A stretch of DNA of 64,000 nt from Desulfovibrio sp. (lineage in GTDB: Bacteria > Desulfobacterota > Desulfovibrionia > Desulfovibrionales > Desulfovibrionaceae), in NCBI GenBank assembly GCA_030145055.1, contig JAQYWK010000004.1:74701-138700 (forward strand). Direction: 5' to 3'. Position 1 is the stretch's first letter. Each line of letters opens with the position of its first letter. Below are positions 35,625-43,012 of the stretch, piece after piece. The translations under genes and the position numbers were made by a program. The notes under the pieces were generated by a model. It saw nothing but the letters and a program-made list of their open reading frames with translations. It was not told the origin of the DNA and searched no databases.

Positions 35625-35652
35625 CCGACTGAGTGCTCAGTCGGTTTTTTTT
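35625..35652 (+). promoter_or_regulatory. Perfect 9-2-9 palindrome CCGACTGAG-TG-CTCAGTCGG plus a T8 run. It is either a terminator-like hairpin or the TetR operator.
   Basis: Seen directly in the sequence. It ends 14 nt before the GGAGGA-preceded ATG of the TetR gene. Confidence 0.4.
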
Positions 35653-35665
35653 AAATGGAGGAAGA

Positions 35666-36259
35666 ATGACCAAGATGTCGAAGAAGAAGGCTGCTATTTT
35701 ACAGGCAGCTACTGCCCTTTTTGCTACAAAAGGTTTTGCTGATACTCACATGAGTGAATTATCAAGCGTTACCGGCGCAGCGGAAGGTACCATCTTTTAT
35801 CATTTTAAAAATAAGGAGCACATACTCCTTACCATTCTATCTGACACAAAGGTCAGTATTGTGGATGAATTCAATGCTCATATGGATGACCGTGAATTCG
35901 AAACAGGAATGGAAATGATGGAAGAGGTTGTGGCTTTCTACCTTCTTTTTGCCGGACGTATGGAATATCAATTTCTCATTTTGCATAGCCTCTTTATTTA
36001 TAGGCTGGCTGAAAGCAGGGCTGAATTCAGAGATAATTTGGAAGCCATCTATGATTGTTTGGTCACTTTTTTTGAACAGGCAATTATTAAAGGGCAGGAA
36101 GATGGTTCCATTGGTGATGTGAATCCTAGAAAAAGTGCACTCATAGTGTTTACGATGGTCGATGGGTTGGTGAGATTTAAAAATTTTAATCTTTACGACG
36201 CGGGCGCTTTGTTCAATGAACTTATTGACTCTGTCCGTCGGATGTTGAAACCAAACTAG
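35666..36259 (+). CDS. TetR/AcrR-family transcriptional regulator
   Basis: N-terminal HTH (AAILQAATALFATKGFADTHMSELSSVTGAAEGTIFYHFKNKEHIL). Start placed at the ATG after GGAGGA; the track ORF from 35633 would include the hairpin. Confidence 0.85.
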   Translation: MTKMSKKKAAILQAATALFATKGFADTHMSELSSVTGAAEGTIFYHFKNKEHILLTILSDTKVSIVDEFNAHMDDREFETGMEMMEEVVAFYLLFAGRMEYQFLILHSLFIYRLAESRAEFRDNLEAIYDCLVTFFEQAIIKGQEDGSIGDVNPRKSALIVFTMVDGLVRFKNFNLYDAGALFNELIDSVRRMLKPN

Positions 36260-36272
36260 AGGTGTTTATCTG

Positions 36273-38408
36273 ATGCTTACTCGAATTTTTCCTTTCTTGG
36301 GCTGGTTCAAAAAGTACAGCAATGCAGCTTTCAGAGCCGATATTATTTCAGGCCTGACAGTTGCTCTTGTGCTTATTCCTCAGTCCATGGCGTATGCACA
36401 GCTTGCAGGAATGCCGGCTTATTACGGTTTGTACGCTTCTTTGTTACCTCCTATGGTAGCTGCTCTTTTCGGTTCCAGCCGTCAGTTGGCGACTGGTCCT
36501 GTTGCGGTTGTTTCTCTTATGACCGCAGCCTCCCTTGAACCACTGGCAACTGCGGGTAGTCCGGGCTTCATAGCCTACGCGCTGCTCCTTGCGTTGCTAG
36601 TTGGAGCCTTCCAGTTCCTTCTAGGCGTGCTTCGCCTTGGGCTGGTTGTCAACTTCCTTTCTCATCCGGTTGTTAACGGCTTTACCAACGCTGCGGCGAT
36701 TATCATTGCATCTTCACAGCTTTCAAAAATGTTCGGCGTTTATGTTGATAAAGCTGAACTACATTTTGAAACGATTATGCGGGTTTTCTCAAGCGCGTTA
36801 CATTATACTCATCTGCCGACACTCGGTATGGGGGTGTTGGCGTTTGCCATTATGGTGGGGCTGAAGAAGGTTAATCCTAAAATACCGAACGTACTGTGTG
36901 CGGTTGTAATTACAACTGTAATTTCCTGGGCGACTGGTTTCAACCATGATGCAATGGTTGATGTTACCACGATTCAGGACAAACAAGCACAGACTTTGAT
37001 TGCAGACTTTAATGAAAGCGTTGCAGGGATTGATGCTTTAGCTACTAAGCGTGCGAGTATTTCTGCTATTGAAGATTCAGCGAAAGCTTCCAAAGATGTA
37101 ATTGGATACTATGATGCTGAACACGACCTTAGTGTTGTGAATTACGAAACGAAATTGCTCAAACATAAATCTCATGTTTACCGCGAAACTCTCAGAAGTC
37201 TACTTTTCAGTGGAGTTGAGCAGGCGGACGGCACAATTCAGTTCTTCCTTAAGGATGCAGTTCCTGGTGGCATGACAGCTGATGGTCGTACTTGGCGCCT
37301 CAAAGTCGGCAATAAGGCCTTAAATACTACTTCCCTTAAAATGATAGGTGGTGGTGCTGTTGTCGGAACAGTTCCTTCTGGATTCCCTGAAGTAGCAATA
37401 CCTAATTTTGATATTAAAATTATATTAAAACTTCTACCGTTCGCAATTATCATTTCTCTTCTTGGTTTCATGGAAGCTATTTCCATTGCGAAAGCGATGG
37501 CAGCTAAAACCGGACAGAGACTTGATCCTAACCAGGAACTTATTGGTCAGGGGCTTGCTAATATGCTCGGAGCTTGCACAAGCAGTTACCCCTCATCCGG
37601 TTCTTTTTCGCGTTCAGCTGTTAATTTACAATCCGGCGCGGTGACTGGACTTTCCAGTGTGTTCACTACCGTGGTTGTTGCGATAACTCTGTTGTTTTTC
37701 ACCCCATTGTTATATAACCTGCCTCAGGCAGTTCTTGCTGCGGTAATTATGATGGCTGTTATCGGCCTGATTAATGCTTCAGGTTTCATGCACGCATGGA
37801 AAGCTCAGAAATATGACGGAGCTATCTCCATCATTTCTTTCATCGCCACTCTGGCTTTTGCTCCGCATCTGGACAAAGGTATCATCATCGGGGTTGCGCT
37901 TTCCTTGGCAGTATTCCTTTACAAGAGCATGCGCCCTCGTGTTGTTGCTCTTTCCAAGAGTGACGATGATGTTCTTTGTGATGCGAAAGTCCATGAGCTT
38001 AAAGAGTGTGACCACATTGCAGTAGTCCGCTTTGAAGGGCCGCTGTTCTTTGCAAACGCAAGTTTCCTCGAAGATCAGATTACTGATCGCATGATGGAAA
38101 TGAGTAAGCTTAAGCATATTATTCTTGTTTGTAACGGAATAAACGATATTGATGCATCCGGTGAAGAAGCTCTTTCTCTTATCGTAGAGAATGTGCGCAG
38201 TGCCGGGCTGGATATATCACTTTCCGGAGTGAACGAAGCTGTCATGGTTGTGCTTGAACGTACTCACCTTCTTGAGAAGATAGGAAAGGATCATATCTAC
38301 TCAGACGCTGATAGCGCGCTCTGCCGTGTTCATGAGCAGTCTCATAGAGGCGGAGCTGAAGAGAATTGTCCTCTCACAACGTACTGTCGCATAAATAGCA
38401 ACTCCTAG
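36273..38408 (+). CDS. SulP-family anion permease with a C-terminal STAS domain, carrying a roughly 130-aa internal insertion
   Basis: SulP N-terminal motifs (DIISGLTVALVLIPQSMAYAQLAGMP, FGSSRQLATGPVAV), a VPSGFPE motif, and a C-terminal STAS domain (VVRFEGPLFFANA...IDASGEEAL). Confidence 0.9.
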   Translation: MLTRIFPFLGWFKKYSNAAFRADIISGLTVALVLIPQSMAYAQLAGMPAYYGLYASLLPPMVAALFGSSRQLATGPVAVVSLMTAASLEPLATAGSPGFIAYALLLALLVGAFQFLLGVLRLGLVVNFLSHPVVNGFTNAAAIIIASSQLSKMFGVYVDKAELHFETIMRVFSSALHYTHLPTLGMGVLAFAIMVGLKKVNPKIPNVLCAVVITTVISWATGFNHDAMVDVTTIQDKQAQTLIADFNESVAGIDALATKRASISAIEDSAKASKDVIGYYDAEHDLSVVNYETKLLKHKSHVYRETLRSLLFSGVEQADGTIQFFLKDAVPGGMTADGRTWRLKVGNKALNTTSLKMIGGGAVVGTVPSGFPEVAIPNFDIKIILKLLPFAIIISLLGFMEAISIAKAMAAKTGQRLDPNQELIGQGLANMLGACTSSYPSSGSFSRSAVNLQSGAVTGLSSVFTTVVVAITLLFFTPLLYNLPQAVLAAVIMMAVIGLINASGFMHAWKAQKYDGAISIISFIATLAFAPHLDKGIIIGVALSLAVFLYKSMRPRVVALSKSDDDVLCDAKVHELKECDHIAVVRFEGPLFFANASFLEDQITDRMMEMSKLKHIILVCNGINDIDASGEEALSLIVENVRSAGLDISLSGVNEAVMVVLERTHLLEKIGKDHIYSDADSALCRVHEQSHRGGAEENCPLTTYCRINSNS

Positions 38409-38417
38409 TGGAGGTTA

Positions 38418-39632
38418 ATGATGTCTGATATCCTTATATTCAGCGGACTGTTTTGCAAGGCTGAATCAGTAGTTAAGCAGTTGATTGCTGACACTGGTTG
38501 TAGTCTAGTAAGTGACCAGGATCTGGTTGCACAGGCTGCAAAGCTTAGTAATATGTCTGAAAAAGCCATAATAAAGGCTTTTTCTCCAAAATCTTCAATT
38601 TTTAATAAATTCAGCCACGAAAAAGAAAGATCCATAGCATGGCTTAGACTTGCTCTTGCCGAGAAATTGGTAAATGGCGATGCTTTGGTTGTTTCAGGAT
38701 TTGTAGCGCAACTACTCTCTCAGCCTATCGCTCACGTTCTCAAAGTCTGTATCATTGATGATGTTCAGAAGAGAATTGAAATTGCAGGTAATGAAGGCAC
38801 TTCTGAAAAGGATGCCATCAAAGCGATGCAGCATAGTGATGAAGAGAAAACCGTATGGGTTAAGCATCTTACCGGGGAGAATGACCCTTGGGCAAGTAAA
38901 CTATACGATATGGTGATTCCTGTTGGTAAAACCGGCGTGGATGAATCAGTTGCTCTCATTAAGGAACAGCTTGGCAATGCAGCCGTTCAGGTTTCTGAAG
39001 AAACGAAACTTGCCGCGCAGGATTTCTTGCTTGCCGCTCAAGTGGAAACAGCACTAGTCTCTAAAGGACATAATGTTGTAGTGACTGCTAAAGCCGGTGA
39101 TGTTGCTCTTGCTATCAATAAAAAAGTTTTGCTTGTTGAGCGTCTTGAAAAAGATTTGCGCGAAATTGCAGAACCCCTTGATGGTGTAAAAAACGTATCC
39201 GTGAAATTCGGTAAGGAATTCTATGAGGCTGATATCTATCGCCGCATGGATTTCGAACTTCCTTCACGAGTTCTGCTTGTTGATGATGAACGTGAGTTTG
39301 TACAAACTCTCTCCGAAAGACTGCTTATGCGTGACCTCGGTTCTCATGTCGTATACGATGGAGAATCTGCGCTTGAGTTGGTTCAGGATGATGAGCCTGA
39401 AGTAATGATTCTTGACCTCAAAATGCCTGGTATCGACGGTATGGAGGTTCTGCGCAAAGTTAAGGCAACTAGCCCTAACATTGAGGTTATCATTCTTACA
39501 GGACACGGTTCTGAACAGGATAGAAAAGTTTGTATGGATCTTGGTGCATTTGCTTACTTGCATAAACCTGTTGATATAGAAGTCCTTAGCGCTACACTTA
39601 AAGACGCTTACGCTAAAATTCGCAAAGCATAA
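38418..39632 (+). CDS. Response regulator with an uncharacterised roughly 270-aa N-terminal region
   Basis: C-terminal receiver (VLLVDDE, VMILDLKMPGIDG). The N-terminal region loosely resembles cytidylate-kinase-like proteins but has no Walker A motif; that part is uncertain. Confidence 0.7.
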   Translation: MMSDILIFSGLFCKAESVVKQLIADTGCSLVSDQDLVAQAAKLSNMSEKAIIKAFSPKSSIFNKFSHEKERSIAWLRLALAEKLVNGDALVVSGFVAQLLSQPIAHVLKVCIIDDVQKRIEIAGNEGTSEKDAIKAMQHSDEEKTVWVKHLTGENDPWASKLYDMVIPVGKTGVDESVALIKEQLGNAAVQVSEETKLAAQDFLLAAQVETALVSKGHNVVVTAKAGDVALAINKKVLLVERLEKDLREIAEPLDGVKNVSVKFGKEFYEADIYRRMDFELPSRVLLVDDEREFVQTLSERLLMRDLGSHVVYDGESALELVQDDEPEVMILDLKMPGIDGMEVLRKVKATSPNIEVIILTGHGSEQDRKVCMDLGAFAYLHKPVDIEVLSATLKDAYAKIRKA

Positions 39633-39654
39633 CTTAGTATATTCGGGGTAAGCT

Positions 39655-41388
39655 ATGTTACTAAAAGGACTTTTTAAACCGGAATTCTGGAACGCGGATA
39701 AAAAATCTGCGGGGCCATATAAGAGTTTATTTGACTACCAGCGCATTTGGCGTTTGTGTTTTGTCATTCTCGTTGTGGTTTCTCTGGTTCCGTTGTTTAT
39801 TTTGGCCTTCATAGATTTCAATGTTACCCGGGTAGCTATTAAGTCTGAAAATATGCTCAGGGGGGCAAGGACGACGTCCAATACCCGCCGGGCAGTCGCG
39901 TACTTTCTGGAGGAGCGGAAATCGGCGTTGCAGTTGATTGTAGAACTGGACGATTTTCGCTCCTTTCAGCGAAAGGAGCGACTAGGGGAAATGCTCAGTG
40001 CGTTAAAGAACAGCTTCGGTGGCTTTATCGATCTGGGCATTATTGATGAAAATGGTAAGCAGCTTGCCTACGTAGGCCCGCATAATCTTGAGGGTAAAGA
40101 ATACAAGGGACAAGCGTGGTTTAAACAGGCCGCGGATCAGGGAACATATATCAGCGATGTTTTTTTGGGGTATCGCGATAGCCCTCATCTTGTCATTGCC
40201 GTAAAGCATTTTACTGACAAAGATCATTATAAAATTTTCAGGGCAACGCTGGATACTACAAAGTTCAACGGCATTCTTTCTTCATTGGATTTATCAGAAG
40301 GAGCAGATGCTTTTCTGGTAAATACTGCAGGGATTATTCAGACACCTTCCAAGTGGAATGGAGATGTTTTCTCAAAAATTTCATTTGGTTTGCCAGAAAA
40401 ATCTTTCCGCACTAAAGTTAAAAAAATTCAACTGAAAAAAGATTTATCTGCGATTGTGGGGTATGCGTATATTGAAGGCACTCCTTTCATTATTATGGTT
40501 GTTAAGCCGGAAGCTGAACTTATGGGCGCGTGGCAAAGGTCTCGTGATACTCTTACTTGGATATCTTCAATCAGTGTTGCTGTTATTCTTTTGGTGATGT
40601 GGGCAGTTGCTTCATATATGGTTGATCGTATTTACATTGCAGATATGACCCGGTCTAAGTTGTTGCAACAGATGGAACATCACAACCGCATGGCTTCTAT
40701 CGGTAGGCTTGCTGCCGGGGTAGCACATGAGATCAATAATCCGCTTGCCATTATAAATGAGAAGGCTGGATTGTTGAAAGATTTGTTTACATTCAGCGAG
40801 GCGTATAATGCGGATGAAAGAATTTTCGGTCTTGTTGATTCGGTGATTGGGTCTGTTGAAAGGTGTGGACGAATTACAAAACGGCTTCTTGGGTTTTCAA
40901 GGCAGGATGATGTGGAGCTCAGGCCCGTACTTCCGAAGATGGTTGTTGATACGGTGCTGAGTTTCTTAAACAAGGAAGCGGAGTACAGATCCATTGATGT
41001 TTCTGTCGATGTTCAGCCCTGTATATTTGAGATTGTTACCGATCGTGGCAAGCTTGAGCAGGTTCTTCTTAACCTTATAAGCAACGCGTTTCAGGCTATG
41101 AAAGATGGCGGAGCGTTGCAGGTTGCAGTTGCCAAAGGTGATAAAGGAAGACTCGATTTTTCAGTAAAAGATGATGGGTGCGGCATTCCTGCTACTGATC
41201 TTAAAAAGATATTTGAACCGTTTTATTCTACTAAAAAACAAGCAGGTGGTACTGGCCTTGGTTTATCCATTACATATGGCCTTGTTCAAGATCTTGGCGG
41301 AAGTATGACAGTAGAAAGTGAAGTTGGCGAAGGGACAAAATTTAGTTTTTCACTTCCTGTCAGCCCTAAAAATAAGGGAGAAGGTTAG
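39655..41388 (+). CDS. Sensor histidine kinase with a periplasmic Cache-like domain
   Basis: Two TM segments flank a roughly 250-aa extracytoplasmic domain. H-box GVAHEINNPLAI, N-box LNLISNAFQA, G-boxes DDGCGI and GTGLGLSITYG. Confidence 0.85.
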   Translation: MLLKGLFKPEFWNADKKSAGPYKSLFDYQRIWRLCFVILVVVSLVPLFILAFIDFNVTRVAIKSENMLRGARTTSNTRRAVAYFLEERKSALQLIVELDDFRSFQRKERLGEMLSALKNSFGGFIDLGIIDENGKQLAYVGPHNLEGKEYKGQAWFKQAADQGTYISDVFLGYRDSPHLVIAVKHFTDKDHYKIFRATLDTTKFNGILSSLDLSEGADAFLVNTAGIIQTPSKWNGDVFSKISFGLPEKSFRTKVKKIQLKKDLSAIVGYAYIEGTPFIIMVVKPEAELMGAWQRSRDTLTWISSISVAVILLVMWAVASYMVDRIYIADMTRSKLLQQMEHHNRMASIGRLAAGVAHEINNPLAIINEKAGLLKDLFTFSEAYNADERIFGLVDSVIGSVERCGRITKRLLGFSRQDDVELRPVLPKMVVDTVLSFLNKEAEYRSIDVSVDVQPCIFEIVTDRGKLEQVLLNLISNAFQAMKDGGALQVAVAKGDKGRLDFSVKDDGCGIPATDLKKIFEPFYSTKKQAGGTGLGLSITYGLVQDLGGSMTVESEVGEGTKFSFSLPVSPKNKGEG

Positions 41389-41390
41389 GT

Positions 41391-41744
41391 ATGAACATAT
41401 TACTTGTAGATGACGAACTTGAGCTTGTTTCGGCTCTTGCAGAACGTCTTTCTTTTCGTGGTTTTGAAGCTGACTGGGTGACATCCGGCGCTGAAGCAAT
41501 GGATAAAATACTTGAAAAGGATTACGTTCTCGCAATTCTTGATGTGAAGATGCCGCGTATGAGTGGTCTTGAATTAAGGAAAAGACTTGAGCATCTTCGC
41601 CCGGGCTTGAAATATATATTCCTTTCTGGGCATGGCTCGGAAGATGATTACAAGGTAGGGGCAGCAAAAGCTGATTCGTACTTGGTTAAACCTGTGAAGA
41701 TCGAAGACCTTGTTGAAAGAATTAACTTGGCTTTGGGTAATTAA
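41391..41744 (+). CDS. Single-domain response regulator
   Basis: ILLVDDE, AILDVKMPRMSG, 117 aa. Confidence 0.85.
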   Translation: MNILLVDDELELVSALAERLSFRGFEADWVTSGAEAMDKILEKDYVLAILDVKMPRMSGLELRKRLEHLRPGLKYIFLSGHGSEDDYKVGAAKADSYLVKPVKIEDLVERINLALGN

Positions 41745-41767
41745 GAATTTTTTTGGAGGGTAGTTGT

Positions 41768-42400
41768 ATGGGATCATCTGATACTGTTCAAGGTCGCGAC
41801 GGACTTTGCTTTTTCGGTAAAGTAAGTGCAACTATTTCTCATGATGTAAAAAATGTGTTGGCGATCATAAATGAAGAGGCCGGACTTTTACAGGATTTAT
41901 CGCTTATGGCGGGGCAGGGGATGGAGCTTGATCCGGAACGTCTTGTCAAATTGGCTGTAAAGATTCAAAATCAGGTTAAGCGCGGCGATACTATCATAAA
42001 AAATATGAATAAGTTTGCTCATAGCGTCGATATTGCCAAATGTGAAGTAGACTTTTACGATATGACTTCGCTCGTGATTGCCTTATTTACTAGGGTGGCC
42101 TCAGCAAAGTGTGTTACTGTCATCCTTAAAGAAGGCGAGATAGTTACAGGGAAGTGTGATCCATTTTCAGCGGAAATGTTAATTGCAAGGTGTCTTGAAG
42201 TCAGTATGGACAGTGCTGGAAAAAATCATGAAATAAGTGTTGAGGTTTTTTCGAAAAATAGCGAAAGAGTAATATCTGTACACGGACTTAGACTGGAAGT
42301 GTCAGAAAATGACTTACAAGCGTTGGAAGCCCTCTCAAAGAATGCGGGCGCTACTGTTTCGGTGGTACCGCACGATTCATTATTAGAAATTATTTTTTAA
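41768..42400 (+). CDS. Soluble histidine-kinase-like protein with a DHp H-box but a degenerate ATP-binding domain
   Basis: ISHDVKNVLAIINEE (H-box). I find no recognisable N, G1 (DxGxG) or G2 (GxGLG) boxes in the C-terminal half. Start placed at the ATG after GGAGGG. Confidence 0.55.
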   Translation: MGSSDTVQGRDGLCFFGKVSATISHDVKNVLAIINEEAGLLQDLSLMAGQGMELDPERLVKLAVKIQNQVKRGDTIIKNMNKFAHSVDIAKCEVDFYDMTSLVIALFTRVASAKCVTVILKEGEIVTGKCDPFSAEMLIARCLEVSMDSAGKNHEISVEVFSKNSERVISVHGLRLEVSENDLQALEALSKNAGATVSVVPHDSLLEIIF

Positions 42401-42444
42401 GTGTTCATAGTGTGACTTAACTCTTTATTTAGTTGGAGAAAGCC

Positions 42445-42873
42445 ATGGCTGAAAAAGTTCTGTTAGTAGACGATGAAAAGGAATTTGTAGAAGGACTTGC
42501 CGAGCGTATGGAACTACGCGGCATGAATGTCGATACATGTACAAATCCTGAAAAGGCTCTGGATATGGTAAATGCTGATTCATATGATGCTATCATTTTG
42601 GATCTGCAGATGCCGGGTGTTGACGGAATTGAAGTCCTTAAACACATCAAGAAAAATAACCCGGAAATGCAGGTAATACTCCTTAGTGGTCATGCTACTG
42701 TAGAGAAAGGTATTGAAGCAATGAAATTAGGCGCAATGGATTTCGTTGAAAAACCAGCAGATATTGATGTGCTTACTGAGAAAATCAAGAAAGCTCAGGC
42801 TCGCAAAATGATTTTAGTTGAGAAAGAGACTGAGAAAAAAGTAAAGGACATTATTGAACATAAAGGATGGTAG
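42445..42873 (+). CDS. Single-domain response regulator
   Basis: VLLVDDE, AIILDLQMPGVDG. The ATG at 42445 is preferred over the TTG at 42433. Confidence 0.85.
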   Translation: MAEKVLLVDDEKEFVEGLAERMELRGMNVDTCTNPEKALDMVNADSYDAIILDLQMPGVDGIEVLKHIKKNNPEMQVILLSGHATVEKGIEAMKLGAMDFVEKPADIDVLTEKIKKAQARKMILVEKETEKKVKDIIEHKGW

Positions 42874-42923
42874 CATCCGTTTTTGTTCTTAACGTACCTT
42901 CCGAAATAGATTGAAATTTAAAA

Positions 42924-42955
42924 GGCTGATTCTCAAACAGAGAATCAGCCTTTTT
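42924..42955. terminator. Bidirectional rho-independent terminator
   Basis: Perfect 11-bp stem GGCTGATTCTC-AAACA-GAGAATCAGCC followed by TTTTT, with an A-run upstream. Confidence 0.85.
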
Positions 42956-43012
42956 GGGGATATTTTTAGTTTATTCCTTCTAGTTTACCATGAGCATGTA
43001 TTAAAGTCGTTT

